A stretch of DNA of 64,000 nt, from positions 160,508-224,507 of the forward strand of contig CAKSHC010000002.1 of the NCBI GenBank assembly GCA_934456365.1. Direction: 5' to 3'. Below the pieces are notes generated by a model. It was not told where the DNA came from, made no database searches, and saw only the letters and a program-made list of their open reading frames with translations. How positions within the stretch are numbered: position 1 is the first letter of the stretch; every line of letters starts with the position of its first letter. Origin of the DNA: an uncultured Eubacteriales bacterium (GTDB lineage: Bacteria > Bacillota > Clostridia > Oscillospirales > UMGS1783). Below are positions 43,637-53,986 of this stretch, in pieces. The position numbers and the translations under genes were made by a program.

Positions 43637-44695
43637 TCATTCCGACTGGCCGTAGTCGACCAGATAGACTTCGCAGAAAATCGCGGGGGAAAGCTCGGCC
43701 AGCTCCTTTTCGGGCAGCCGGGCGCGCAGGCGCGCGTTTTTCAGGCCGAAGAGGTCGGCGTCCAGCCGCTGCGCCTTTTCCCAAAGGGCCTCGGCCCGGC
43801 GCGTCAGCGCCTCCTGCAAAAGCTCGCCCGGGTTTCCGCCCGGATCCCCCTGATCCAGCTCGGCCCGCACAAAGAAGGAGAGCGTTTCGCCCGAGGGGGC
43901 GGCCGAGAGGGAAACCTGCGTCTGGTCGGTGCGGAAGGAGCGGCCTTGGGCTGTCAGCACGCCTTGAGGGATCCCGTCGGTCATCAGCCGGAAAACCACC
44001 GTTTCCTCCTCGGAAAGCGAGCCGCAGAGCTTTCCTTCCCGCACCACAGCCGCCCCCGAGAGCGCCGGGCTTTCGCCTCTGGTGGAGAGCAGGGGCAAAA
44101 CCGCCGTTTTCGAGGCGCTTTTCATCGCCCCGTAGACCGAATAAACCGGCATTTCCACCCCGGTGCCGTTTTCCCGGGCGTTGTCGAGCAGGCTGCGAAG
44201 CCCATACGAGCAAACCGAGAAAAATTCCAGCTTTTGGCGCAAAAGCGCGCCGCTTTCTCCTTCGGTCACCGCCAGCGGCACGGCGATGCGCAGTGTGTAG
44301 GCGCGCAGCACCCATTCGGCGATGGTTTCGATCCCGTCCCGGCAGAGCTCCTGCGAAAGCAGGAGGATGGAGGCGTGGCTCCAGTAGATGGGCTTGCCCA
44401 TCTGCCGCTCCAGGGCGATGGTGGCGTCGCTCATGGTTTCGCCCTCGGCCGAAAAGCAGAGCGAGCCGGTCGGGCCCTCGGCCTCGCCGCCCGAAACATC
44501 GGCCACCTCGAGCGTCAGGCGGATGCGCCCGCCCTCGCCCCGGTCAAGCGCCGCGCCGGCCGCGATGGCGTAGGTTTCCAGCTCCCGCCCCGAGCCACCG
44601 GTCACGGTGCACAAAACGGTCAGAGCCGCCACCGCCGCGATCAGCGCCCAGGCCTGCCGCGCGCCGAGGCGGGTTTTCGCGTCATCCTTCCGCAC
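43637..44695 (-). CDS. spore germination protein, GerAC-type lipoprotein subunit
   Basis: The signal peptide ends with a lipobox-like LTVLC. The length and composition fit the Ger(x)C family. Confidence 0.7.
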   Translation of the reverse strand: MRKDDAKTRLGARQAWALIAAVAALTVLCTVTGGSGRELETYAIAAGAALDRGEGGRIRLTLEVADVSGGEAEGPTGSLCFSAEGETMSDATIALERQMGKPIYWSHASILLLSQELCRDGIETIAEWVLRAYTLRIAVPLAVTEGESGALLRQKLEFFSVCSYGLRSLLDNARENGTGVEMPVYSVYGAMKSASKTAVLPLLSTRGESPALSGAAVVREGKLCGSLSEEETVVFRLMTDGIPQGVLTAQGRSFRTDQTQVSLSAAPSGETLSFFVRAELDQGDPGGNPGELLQEALTRRAEALWEKAQRLDADLFGLKNARLRARLPEKELAELSPAIFCEVYLVDYGQSE

Positions 44696-46118
44696 CGTGA
44701 TCCCTCCCCGTTAAGGCATGGGTGGAAAGCCGCGCCCAGGGCGCGCGCAAAAGCGCGTCGCGCAGCTGCCCCGGCTTGTCCGGCACCAGATAATCGGTAA
44801 AGGCATAGCCGAAGGATTGGGTGGCGCACAGGCTCAGCAGAAGCACGCACAGCCCGAAGATCACCCCGTAAAAGCCCGAAAAGGAGGCGATCAGAAGCAT
44901 TCCGAAGCGCCCTACGACCGAAACCGTTTTGAGCTGAGGGTTGCAAAGCCCCGCCGCTCCCGTGGCCGCCGCCACGATCACCAGCGGCGCCGACACCAGC
45001 CGCGCCGACACGCTGGCCTCCCCCAGTACCAGAGCCCCCACGATCGAAAGGCTCTGCCCCATCGTGGGCGACATGCGGTAAGACGCGTCGCGCAGAAGCT
45101 CAAAGGCGATCAGCAGGATCAGCGTTTCCAGAACCAGCGGGAAGGGCACCCCCTCCCGCGCCGCCGCGATCGAGAGCAGAAGCTTGGTCGGGATCAGCTC
45201 CTGATGAAACTGCACCATCGAAACGTAAAGGGCCGGAAGCGTCAGCGAAACGAAAAAGCAGATCAGGCGCAAAACGCGCGAAAAGGAGGCGATCAGAAAG
45301 TTCTGATGGTAGTCGTCCACCCCCTGAAAATGCTCGATGAAGAAAAAGGGAGCCGTGATCATCACCGGGCTGCCGTCGATCAGCAGGCCCACCCGCCCCT
45401 CCAGCAGCTTGGAGGCCGCCGTGTCCGGCCGCTCGGTCAGCCCGGCGGTACGGAAAGGGGAGAGGGGCTTGTCCATGATCTTGGCGCAAAGGGGGTAGGC
45501 GTCGGTCAGATCCTCCTGCTTCACGGCGTTTAAGCGGCGGATCACCTCGTCGAGCAGGCTCTGCGGCGCCAGCCCCTCCAGATAGCAGACCGCGATCTTC
45601 TGCCGCACGGTTTCTCCCGTTTCCAGGAATTTCACCCGCAGCTTCGGCGAGCGCACCCGCCGGCGCAGAAGCGCCAGATTGGCGACGATCGATTCGGTAA
45701 AGCCCTCCCGCGATCCTACCGCCGCGCGCTCGCTCTGCGGCTCCTCCACGCTTCGCTGCGGAAAGCCCTTGGCCGAAACGACCAGCGCTCCCGGCGCGCC
45801 CTGCGCGAAGAAAAGGCAGTCGCCCGCCTGCAAAGAAAGCGCCAGCGGCTCGAGCCCCTCCTTTTCCTCCAGCTCGCCCGCGCGCACAAAGCGCCGCCGC
45901 AGAATCTCCCGGGCGCGCGCCGGCGTGAGCAGACAGGCCTCCTGCACCGGGCGGATCACCTGCTGCGCGATCTGGTCGGCGTCGCTCATCCCGTCAAAAT
46001 ACAGCACGCAGCATTCCACCCCCGCCGGGCCGCCGGACAGAAAACGGCGCTCGACGAGCGTGGGATCGTTTCCGAACAGCTGCCGCAGCTGCGCAATTTC
46101 TTCTCCCGTTTTCAGCAT
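44682..46118 (-). CDS. spore germination protein, GerAA-type subunit
   Basis: 478 aa with a soluble N-terminal domain and a 5-TM C-terminus. MLKTGEEIAQLRQLFGNDPTLVERRF resembles GerAA/GerKA. Confidence 0.8.
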   Translation of the reverse strand: MLKTGEEIAQLRQLFGNDPTLVERRFLSGGPAGVECCVLYFDGMSDADQIAQQVIRPVQEACLLTPARAREILRRRFVRAGELEEKEGLEPLALSLQAGDCLFFAQGAPGALVVSAKGFPQRSVEEPQSERAAVGSREGFTESIVANLALLRRRVRSPKLRVKFLETGETVRQKIAVCYLEGLAPQSLLDEVIRRLNAVKQEDLTDAYPLCAKIMDKPLSPFRTAGLTERPDTAASKLLEGRVGLLIDGSPVMITAPFFFIEHFQGVDDYHQNFLIASFSRVLRLICFFVSLTLPALYVSMVQFHQELIPTKLLLSIAAAREGVPFPLVLETLILLIAFELLRDASYRMSPTMGQSLSIVGALVLGEASVSARLVSAPLVIVAAATGAAGLCNPQLKTVSVVGRFGMLLIASFSGFYGVIFGLCVLLLSLCATQSFGYAFTDYLVPDKPGQLRDALLRAPWARLSTHALTGRDHGAEG

Positions 46119-46141
46119 CTTCCGCTCCTTTCTCTTTTCCG

Positions 46142-46170
46142 TAGTGTGGCCGCTGACGCGCCGTTTATCC
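46142..46170 (-). promoter_or_regulatory. putative forespore (sigma-G/F-type) promoter of the ger operon
   Basis: Minus strand: GGATA-N17-CACACTA, 17 nt upstream of the gerAA start with an AAAGGAG RBS. It matches the GnATR-N17/18-CAnnnTA pattern. Confidence 0.35.
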
Positions 46171-47067
46171 CAAAAGAGGAAAGAGAAGAAAGGCGATTAT
46201 GCCCGAAAGAAGCGCCGAAACCATCCGCCGCAGGCAAAATTTTCCGATCGAAAGCCCGGCGGCCTGCGCTTCGGGAAGGATCTGGGAAAGCACGCACAGC
46301 CCGCCCAGCTCAGCTAAAAAAGCCGCCGCCGCAAAGGAAAGCGCCGTGGGCGCGCTCAGGGCGCTCAGCCCCGTCGTCATTTCGAAAAATCCGCCGATAA
46401 GGGCCCGGGCCCAGTCCGGCAGCGCCCAAAGCGGCAAAAGCGCGACCAGCGAGGAATAGAAAAGAACCTGCGCGCAAATGCGCAGTAAGGTCGCCGCCCC
46501 GTCGCCCACCGCCTCGCCCAAAGCCGGAAGAAAGGGCGGCGAGGGCCGTTCGGGCACGCGCGCCGTATCCTCAGGGCGCTTTTTGCCCAAACGATACAAA
46601 GCATAATGGCAGACAAGGCAGATCCCCCATAAAAGCAGCCCCGCCTGCGCCTTTCCGAAAAGCCCTTCCCCGATCCGCGCGCAGAGAAAAGCCGGGCTCG
46701 GCGCGCACACCGCCTCCAAAAGCCGCTCGCCGCTTTGGCGCGAAAGCCGCCCCTGGCGCACCTGCGCGCAAAGCTCCAAAGCGCCCACGGGATACCCGCA
46801 GAAATTCCCCATCACAAAAGCTCCCGCCGCCGCGCCCGGGATCCCCAGCGCCCGGAAAAGAAACCCCAGCCGCCGCTCGATCCCGTCGGTTAGATAAAGC
46901 CGCCGGGAAAGGGCGCCCGTGCAGAGGAAAAGAAACAGAGAGGGAATCACCCCCGTGCGGCAAAGATTCAGCCCGTTTTCGATCGCCGCGCGCGCCGCCC
47001 CGGGGGAAAGGAGAATCGCCAACGCGCCCAATCCCAAAAAAAGCCCGCGCCAGAATTTCCGTCCCAT
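46165..47067 (-). CDS. nucleoside-recognition (Gate) domain membrane protein, YlbJ-like sporulation protein
   Basis: 300 aa and polytopic. Its N-terminal region resembles sporulation integral membrane protein YlbJ. Confidence 0.55.
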   Translation of the reverse strand: MGRKFWRGLFLGLGALAILLSPGAARAAIENGLNLCRTGVIPSLFLFLCTGALSRRLYLTDGIERRLGFLFRALGIPGAAAGAFVMGNFCGYPVGALELCAQVRQGRLSRQSGERLLEAVCAPSPAFLCARIGEGLFGKAQAGLLLWGICLVCHYALYRLGKKRPEDTARVPERPSPPFLPALGEAVGDGAATLLRICAQVLFYSSLVALLPLWALPDWARALIGGFFEMTTGLSALSAPTALSFAAAAFLAELGGLCVLSQILPEAQAAGLSIGKFCLRRMVSALLSGIIAFLLFPLLG

Positions 47068-47139
47068 TTCCCGCCCTCCCTTTCTATCAGGCTATTCGGC
47101 GGCATATCTATTTAATAAAAAAACAAGGGAGGAATTTCC

Positions 47140-47385
47140 ATGCCGATCCCGCTTCTTTTTCCCCGCGCCGAATGCGGCGGCGAGCCCCAGGTTGAAATTT
47201 TCGGCCGCTCCCGCCTCGTGGCCGATGGGGTGATGGGCGTTTTATCCTACGACGCCTGCTACGCCCGCCTCAAAACCCGCTCCTTCATTCTTGCGGTGAC
47301 CGGCGAGTCGCTCCTGCTCGATTTCCTCACCCCCACCTCGGTCGCCCTCTCGGGGCAGATCCGCCTTTTGGAATGGGAGGATTGA
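47140..47385 (+). CDS. yqfC: sporulation protein YqfC (YabP/YqfC family)
   Basis: 81 aa, directly upstream of yqfD and overlapping it. Confidence 0.65.
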   Translation: MPIPLLFPRAECGGEPQVEIFGRSRLVADGVMGVLSYDACYARLKTRSFILAVTGESLLLDFLTPTSVALSGQIRLLEWED

Positions 47386-47386
47386 G

Positions 47387-48547
47387 ATGAAGCTTGTCCG
47401 CTTTCTGCGCGGCGAGGTGCGGGTGCGCGCCACCGGCGACACGGCTGCCGTCCTCTCCCGGCTTCAGGTCGCCTCCCTCCCGGTCTACGACCTTTCGCCC
47501 GAGCCCGGCGCTTTGCGCTTCTCCCTTTCGCCCCGTGCCTTTGTGCGCGCCCGCCCCGTTTTGCGCCGCGCCCACGCCCGGCTGCACATTCTGAAAAAGC
47601 GCGGCCTGCCCTTCTGGGTGCGCCGCCACCGCCATCGCCCCATGCTGGCCCTCGGCGCCCTTTTCTTTCTGGCGCTGGTGGTGCTGTGCTCCCAGTTTAT
47701 CTGGGAGATCCGCCTGACCGGCTCGCCCCCCGAGCGGGAGGCGGCGCTGGCCGTTCTGCGCTCCGCCGGGCTGTATGAGGGGTGCTTCCGCCCCGGGGTC
47801 GACGCCACCGCCGTCGAGCAGGCGCTGCTCTCCTCCGATCTGGGGCTCTCGTTTGCCTCGGTCGTTTTCCGGGGCAGCGTGGCCGAGGTCGACCTCGCGC
47901 TGGCCGCCTCTCCGCCGCCCCTTTCCGAGGAAGCGCCCTGCCACCTCGTTGCCGGTCGGGCGGGGGTTGTGCGCGCGATGGAGATCACCGAGGGCACCCC
48001 GGCGGTGAGCGTGGGGGAGAGCGTGGAGCCCGGGCAGATTCTGGTGCGCGGCGAATGGCTCGACGACGAGGGCAATTCCGTGCGCCGGGCGCACGCCTCC
48101 GGCCGGGTCTGGGCATATTGCCCGGAGTCCTATGAGGTATTTGTTCCCTTCGAGGAGGAGGTCTCCTTTCTCACCGGGCGCGAAACCGAGGTTTTCCGCC
48201 TGAAAATCTTCACTTTTTCCTTCAATTTGTATTTTGGGGGTGGAATTCCCTATGAAGAATATGATAAAATAGAACAAGAAGAACATGCCGCCATCGGCAG
48301 CTTTCTCCTGCCCGTTTCCCGGATCCGCGTCACTGCGCGCGAGCGCGCGGTGACGCGCCGCTCCTTCTCGGCCGAGCAGGCCCGCGCCGAGGCGGAAAGC
48401 CGCCTGGAGGAAACCATTTCCCTCGCCGCCTTCGGCCAGGATTTCAGGGAAACCGAGCGGGTCTGGGAGGAATCCGAAACGGGGATCACCCTCATAAGCC
48501 GCGGCGTGACCACCCGGCTGATCGCCGTGGAACAAGCATGGGAGTAG
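47387..48547 (+). CDS. yqfD: sporulation protein YqfD (stage IV)
   Basis: 386 aa with a single TM segment near residue 95. Follows yqfC. Confidence 0.75.
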   Translation: MKLVRFLRGEVRVRATGDTAAVLSRLQVASLPVYDLSPEPGALRFSLSPRAFVRARPVLRRAHARLHILKKRGLPFWVRRHRHRPMLALGALFFLALVVLCSQFIWEIRLTGSPPEREAALAVLRSAGLYEGCFRPGVDATAVEQALLSSDLGLSFASVVFRGSVAEVDLALAASPPPLSEEAPCHLVAGRAGVVRAMEITEGTPAVSVGESVEPGQILVRGEWLDDEGNSVRRAHASGRVWAYCPESYEVFVPFEEEVSFLTGRETEVFRLKIFTFSFNLYFGGGIPYEEYDKIEQEEHAAIGSFLLPVSRIRVTARERAVTRRSFSAEQARAEAESRLEETISLAAFGQDFRETERVWEESETGITLISRGVTTRLIAVEQAWE

Positions 48548-48549
48548 CT

Positions 48550-49515
48550 ATGGAACAAAGCATCAAAATCCGCGCCGACGAGGCAGCCGCCGTTTTCGGC
48601 GCGGGCGATTGCCATCTGAAAAAAATCGAAGCCGCCTTCGGCGTGTCCATTGTCAACCGGGGCGACGATCTGAAAATCTCCGGCGAGGCGCAGAACGTGG
48701 AGGCCGCGATGAAGGCCGTGCGCTCCCTTCTGGTGGTGGCCGCCCATGGCGACGTCAGCGAGCAGAACGTCGGATATGTGACCGATATGGTCAAGGGCGG
48801 GGAAGACGGGTATCTCCGCTTTCTCGACAGCTCCTGCATCGGCGTCACCGCCTCCGGCAAGCCCGTCAAGGCCAAAACCCAGGGCCAGCAGGATTATATC
48901 GACGCCGTTTCTTCTCATACCGTTACCTTTGCCGTCGGCCCCGCCGGCACCGGCAAAACCTATCTTGCCGTCGCGCTGGCCGTGCGGGCGCTGCGCCAGA
49001 AGGAGATCAGCCGCATCGTCATCACCCGCCCCGCCGTCGAGGCCGGCGAAAAGCTCGGGTTTCTGCCCGGCGATCTGCAGGAAAAGGTGGATCCCTACCT
49101 GCGCCCGATCCACGACGCTCTGCGCGACCTCCTCGGCTCCGAGCCCTATCAGCGCCTGCTCGAGCGCGGCACCATCGAGATCGCCCCGCTTGCCTATATG
49201 CGCGGGCGCACTCTGGACGACAGCTTCATCATCCTCGACGAAGCGCAGAACACCACCCCCGAGCAGATGAAAATGTTTATCACCCGCTTCGGCTTCGGCA
49301 GCCGCGTCGTCGTCACCGGCGACCCCTCGCAGACCGACCTTCCCCACGGCACCCCCTCGGGCCTGCGCGAGGCGGTGCGCGCGCTCGGGAAGGTGCCCGA
49401 GATCGCCGTGATGCGCCTGACGGGGAAGGACATCGTCCGCCATCCCCTTGTGCAGAAAATCATCGAAGCCTATGAATCGTTCGAACACGCCAAAGAGAAG
49501 GGAAAAGAAAAATGA
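48550..49515 (+). CDS. phoH: PhoH family ATPase
   Basis: Walker A GPAGTGKTYLAV and Walker B ILDEAQN. Start at MEQSIKI. Confidence 0.9.
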   Translation: MEQSIKIRADEAAAVFGAGDCHLKKIEAAFGVSIVNRGDDLKISGEAQNVEAAMKAVRSLLVVAAHGDVSEQNVGYVTDMVKGGEDGYLRFLDSSCIGVTASGKPVKAKTQGQQDYIDAVSSHTVTFAVGPAGTGKTYLAVALAVRALRQKEISRIVITRPAVEAGEKLGFLPGDLQEKVDPYLRPIHDALRDLLGSEPYQRLLERGTIEIAPLAYMRGRTLDDSFIILDEAQNTTPEQMKMFITRFGFGSRVVVTGDPSQTDLPHGTPSGLREAVRALGKVPEIAVMRLTGKDIVRHPLVQKIIEAYESFEHAKEKGKEK

Positions 49516-49982
49516 AAATCACCGTCGGATTTGTCAATCAGCAAAAGGATGTGCCCATTGGCACCGAAGAAAAGGCTCTGATCCGCGAGGCCGTTCAGAA
49601 AACACTCGCCCTCGAGGCCTACGAGCGCTCCTGCGACGTTTCGGTCGCGCTGGTGGACGAGCCCACCATCCAAGGCCTCAACACCCGCTACCGCGCCGTC
49701 GACCGCGTGACCGACGTGCTCTCCTTCCCCGACGGCACCGCCGACCCCGACTCCGGCGTCATTGCACTGGGCGATGTGGTTATCTGTGCCCGCCGCGCCG
49801 AGGAGCAGGCCCGCTCCTTCGGCCATTCCTTCCAAAGAGAGCTCGCCTACCTCACCTCCCACAGCGTGCTCCACCTTCTGGGCTACGATCATGTGGACAG
49901 CGAGGAAGACGACCGGATCATGCGCCAGAAGCAAAACGCCGTGATGCGCGCCATGGGATTGGAGATCGACCATGCCGATTAA
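49512..49982 (+). CDS. ybeY: rRNA maturation endoribonuclease YbeY
   Basis: HSVLHLLGYDH zinc-binding motif. Confidence 0.9.
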   Translation: MKITVGFVNQQKDVPIGTEEKALIREAVQKTLALEAYERSCDVSVALVDEPTIQGLNTRYRAVDRVTDVLSFPDGTADPDSGVIALGDVVICARRAEEQARSFGHSFQRELAYLTSHSVLHLLGYDHVDSEEDDRIMRQKQNAVMRAMGLEIDHAD

Positions 49983-50874
49983 CCGTTCCGCCTTCGTCGC
50001 CCTCGCCGGGCTGCCCAACGTCGGGAAATCCACCCTTCTCAACTCCCTTCTGGAGCGCAAGATCGCCATCACCTCCCCCCGCCCGCAGACCACGCGCGGC
50101 CGTGTGGTCGGGATTTTGACCGAAGGGGAGAGCCAGGTCGTTTTCCTCGATACGCCCGGGGTCCATACCGCCAAAAGCGAGCTCGGAAGGAATATGAACC
50201 GCGCCGCCTTCGGCTGCCTGGCCGACGCCGATATTCAGATCCTGGTCACCACCCCCAAAAAAGGCCCCGCCCCTTTGGAGGAAAAGATCCTCGCCGAGCT
50301 CAAGCGCTCGGGAAAGCCGGCCATTCTCGTCATCAATAAGGTCGATCAGGCGGCCGATAAAACCCGCATTCTGGAAACGATCTCCGCCTTCTCGGGGCTT
50401 TGCGGATTCGCCGCCGTCGTTCCCCTCTGCGCCCGCAACGGCAAAGGCGTGGGTATTCTGAAAAAGGAGCTTTTTGCCCTGCTGCCCGAGGGAGTGGCCT
50501 ATTATCCCGAGGAAATGGTCACCGAAACCCCGCAGGCCGTCTACTGCGCCGAGGTGATCCGCGAAAAGCTGCTCACGGCGCTCTCCGAAGAGGTGCCCCA
50601 CGGCATCGCCGTCGATGTCTACCGCATAGCCCGCCGCGAAAACGGCATCTGGGACCTCGACGCCGATATCGTCTGCGAAAAGGAAAGCCATAAGGCCATC
50701 ATCATCGGCCGGGGCGGGGAAAAGCTCAAGGAGATCTCCTCCCGCGCCCGCCGGGAGCTCGAGGAATATTTCGGCGAAAAGGTCAACCTCAAGGTGTGGG
50801 TCAAGGTGCGCGCCGACTGGCGCAACGATCCCCGCGTCATCCGCTCCCTCGGCCTTTCCTCGGACGAAGCATGA
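49972..50874 (+). CDS. era: GTPase Era
   Basis: G1 motif GLPNVGKST, G3 DTPG, G4 NKVD and a C-terminal KH domain. Confidence 0.9.
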   Translation: MPINRSAFVALAGLPNVGKSTLLNSLLERKIAITSPRPQTTRGRVVGILTEGESQVVFLDTPGVHTAKSELGRNMNRAAFGCLADADIQILVTTPKKGPAPLEEKILAELKRSGKPAILVINKVDQAADKTRILETISAFSGLCGFAAVVPLCARNGKGVGILKKELFALLPEGVAYYPEEMVTETPQAVYCAEVIREKLLTALSEEVPHGIAVDVYRIARRENGIWDLDADIVCEKESHKAIIIGRGGEKLKEISSRARRELEEYFGEKVNLKVWVKVRADWRNDPRVIRSLGLSSDEA

Positions 50875-51623
50875 GCCGGCTTTTGAAAACCGACGGCGTG
50901 GTTCTCAAATGCGCCGACGGCGGAAAAAACTCCAAATTGCTCCTGCTCCTTACGAGAGAGCAGGGGCTTTTGCCCGTTCTGGCCCGCGGCGCCGCCTCGC
51001 TGAAAAGCCCGCTGTGCGCGCCGGCGGCGCAGTTTTGCTATTCCTCGTTCGTGCTCTTTCAGAGCGGAGAGCGCTGGCTTGTGAACGAAGCCTCGGTCAA
51101 GGAGCTTTTCTTCGATCTGCGCCTGGATCTGGAGCGCCTGAGCGCCGCCCAGGTCATCGCCGAGCTCGCGCTGGGGCTCTGCGCCGAAACGGTGCCCGAC
51201 GAGCCGCTGCTGCGCCTGGTGCTCAACTGCTTCTATGCCCTCTCCTCGCTCAAGCTGCCCCCTGCTTTGTGCAAGGCTGTTTTCGAGTGCCGCGCCGCCT
51301 GCATCGAGGGCTATGCTCCCGATCTGGACGCCTGCGCTGTCTGCGGCAGGGAGAGCGCCTCCGGAAAGCTCGACACCGTCGGCGGGCGCCTGTTCTGCCC
51401 CGATTGCCCGGCTCCGGCCACGGCGATCCCCCTTTCCGAGCAGGCGCTGGCGCTGCTGCGCCGCATGGGCGACCTGCCCGATGAAAAGCTCTTTTCCTTC
51501 TCGGCCTCCGGCGCGGCGCTGCGGGAGCTCTATTTCGCGGCCGAGCGCTATCTGCTTGATCAGACGGACCTTCACCCCCGATCCCTGAAATTTTTCCGAT
51601 CCCTCCAAGGAGAAACTCCATGA
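50871..51623 (+). CDS. recO: DNA repair protein RecO
   Basis: Start at MSRLLKTDGVVLK, overlapping the era stop as ATGA. OB-fold followed by a Cys4 zinc motif (CAVCG...CPDC). Confidence 0.8.
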   Translation: MSRLLKTDGVVLKCADGGKNSKLLLLLTREQGLLPVLARGAASLKSPLCAPAAQFCYSSFVLFQSGERWLVNEASVKELFFDLRLDLERLSAAQVIAELALGLCAETVPDEPLLRLVLNCFYALSSLKLPPALCKAVFECRAACIEGYAPDLDACAVCGRESASGKLDTVGGRLFCPDCPAPATAIPLSEQALALLRRMGDLPDEKLFSFSASGAALRELYFAAERYLLDQTDLHPRSLKFFRSLQGETP

Positions 51624-53986
51624 CCGATGAAAAATGCTTGAGGCTGCTCGAATTCGATAAGATCCTCGAGCGCCTTTCCCAGGAGGCGCAAACGGCCGCC
51701 GGCCGTCAAAAATGCCTCGCTCTTTCGCCCGAGTCCGACCGGATCGTCGCGCAGGAGCAGCTCGACCAGACCCGCGCCGCCCTCTGGCTCTACGACCATA
51801 AGGGCAGCTTCTCAATGCCCGCCCTCGGCGATCTGAGCGAGCTTCTGCGCCGCACCGGCGCGGGCGGGCTTTTGTCGCCCGCCGAGCTGTGCGATGTGGC
51901 CCGCGTCCTCGAGGCCTCCCGCCGCCTTGCAGCCTACCGCGGCGAGGAGGAAATTCCCGAGCCGGCGCTCGACGATTATTTCGTCCGCCTGCAGGGCAAT
52001 AAATTTTTTGAAGACCGCGTTTTCCGCTCCTTCACCCCCGAGGGTGAGCTGTGCGACGCCGCATCCCCCGCCCTCGGCGACATTCGTCGTAAAATGCAGC
52101 AGGCCCGCTCCCGCGTGCGCGAGGCGCTGCAGAAGCTCATCCGCTCGGCCCAGTATCAGAAGGCCCTGCAGGACCCCGTCGTCACCCAGCGCGGCGGGCG
52201 CTTCGTCGTGCCGGTCAAGGTCGAGCATAAGGGCGAGATCCAGGGTCTTGTCCACGACGTGTCCCCCTCGGGGATGACGCTTTTCGTCGAACCGGCCTCG
52301 GTCGTCGAGGCCAACAACGAGATCCGCATTCTGGAGGGCAGGGAAAAGCAGGAGGAGGAGCGCATCCTCGCCGAGCTCTCGGCCGCCGCCTGCGACGAGG
52401 CCGAGCGGCTGGAGGAGGATTATGCGCTGCTCGCCTTTTTCGACCTCTGCTTTGCCAAGGCGCGCCTCGCCGCCGCCTGGAAAGCCACCGAGCCCCGGCT
52501 CAACGAGCAGGGCAGGGTGGTGCTCAAGCGCGCCCGCCATCCGCTGATCGACCGGGAAAAGGTGGTGCCCATCGACCTCTCGCTCGGCAAAACGGCCGAT
52601 ACCCTCATCATCACCGGCCCCAACACCGGCGGCAAAACCGTCACTCTGAAAACCACCGGCCTTCTCTGCGCCCTCGCCGCCTCCGGCCTCTTTATCCCCT
52701 GCGACGACGGCTCGGAAATCGCCCTGTTTGACCGCATCCTGGTCGACATCGGCGACGAGCAGTCCATCGAGCAGTCGCTCTCCACCTTCTCCGGCCACAT
52801 GACCAATCTGGTCGCCATTCTGAAAAAGGTCACCGGCCGCTCCCTCTGCCTCTTCGACGAGCTGGGAGCCGGCACCGATCCCATCGAGGGCGCCGCATTG
52901 AGCCAGGCCATTTTGGAGGAGATCCGCGAAAAGGGCGCCAGGATCCTCTGTACCACCCATTATCCCGAGCTGAAGATCTATGCCCTCCAAACCGAAGGGG
53001 TGCAGAATGCCTCCTGCGAGTTTGATGTGGCCACCCTTCGCCCCACCTATCGGCTCATCCTCGGCACCCCCGGCCGCTCCAATGCCTTTGCCATTTCCGA
53101 GCGCCTTGGGCTGCCGCGCCCGATCCTGGAGCGCGCCGCCAACCATCTCGACCAGAGTGACGTCGACTTCGAAAAGCTTCTCCAGCGCATCGAGGAAAAC
53201 CGACTGGAAACCGAAAAAATGCGCCGCGAAGCGGAGGACGCCGAGCGTCGCGCCCGGGAAACTGAAAACCGCGCCAAAACCATGGCGCGCGACTACGAGA
53301 AAAAGCTCAATCAGGAGCTCGACCGGTCCCGCGCCGAGGGCAAGCGCGTCGTTGCTTCGGCCCGCGCCCGTATCGATTCGGTGCTCGACGAGCTCGATTC
53401 CCTCATCAAAGAAAAGGAACGCGCCGACTTCAAGGAGCGCGTCGGCGCCTTCCGCAGCAAAACGAAAGCCACCCTCAAGGAGCTTGACAACGAGATCGAC
53501 CCCGTCCGCGAAGAAAAAACGGTCTATGTCCTGCCCCGTCCTCTCAAAATCGGCGATACGGTGGAGGTCCCCGGCATCGCCCGCGCCGCCCGTGTCCTCT
53601 CCCTGCCCGACGGGAAGGGCAAGCTGCGTGTTTCCTCCGGCTCGATGAGCTTTGAGGTCGCCGCCTCTTCGGTGCGCCTGATCAGGCCGCCCCGCGAAAA
53701 GAAGGCCTATGTACCATCATCCACCGGCAAAGCGCAGGGTGCCGGCACCTCGCTCAATATCATCGGCAAGCGCGCCGCCGAGGCCGAGCCCGAGGTCGAG
53801 CAGTTTATCGACCGCGCGGTGCTCTGCAACCTTTCGGAGGTCACCATCGTCCACGGAAAAGGCACCGGTGCGCTGCGCCAGGCTGTTTGGGATCTGCTGC
53901 GCGCCCATCCCTCGGTCGAATCCATGCGTCTGGGCGCCTACGGCGAGGGCGACGCCGGGGTCACAGTAGTCAAGTTAAAGCAGTGA
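51620..53986 (+). CDS. mutS2: endonuclease MutS2
   Basis: Walker A GPNTGGKT, a long coiled-coil region, and a C-terminal Smr domain. Confidence 0.9.
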   Translation: MTDEKCLRLLEFDKILERLSQEAQTAAGRQKCLALSPESDRIVAQEQLDQTRAALWLYDHKGSFSMPALGDLSELLRRTGAGGLLSPAELCDVARVLEASRRLAAYRGEEEIPEPALDDYFVRLQGNKFFEDRVFRSFTPEGELCDAASPALGDIRRKMQQARSRVREALQKLIRSAQYQKALQDPVVTQRGGRFVVPVKVEHKGEIQGLVHDVSPSGMTLFVEPASVVEANNEIRILEGREKQEEERILAELSAAACDEAERLEEDYALLAFFDLCFAKARLAAAWKATEPRLNEQGRVVLKRARHPLIDREKVVPIDLSLGKTADTLIITGPNTGGKTVTLKTTGLLCALAASGLFIPCDDGSEIALFDRILVDIGDEQSIEQSLSTFSGHMTNLVAILKKVTGRSLCLFDELGAGTDPIEGAALSQAILEEIREKGARILCTTHYPELKIYALQTEGVQNASCEFDVATLRPTYRLILGTPGRSNAFAISERLGLPRPILERAANHLDQSDVDFEKLLQRIEENRLETEKMRREAEDAERRARETENRAKTMARDYEKKLNQELDRSRAEGKRVVASARARIDSVLDELDSLIKEKERADFKERVGAFRSKTKATLKELDNEIDPVREEKTVYVLPRPLKIGDTVEVPGIARAARVLSLPDGKGKLRVSSGSMSFEVAASSVRLIRPPREKKAYVPSSTGKAQGAGTSLNIIGKRAAEAEPEVEQFIDRAVLCNLSEVTIVHGKGTGALRQAVWDLLRAHPSVESMRLGAYGEGDAGVTVVKLKQ

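Noticed and set aside
43598-53146. Antisense ORFs opposite ger, yqfD, phoH and mutS2 (43598..44800, 44718..45533, 47327..48535, 48250..49488, 51812..53146) and 58443..60290 (-) opposite the collagen-repeat protein.
   Set aside because: Same antisense high-GC pattern.
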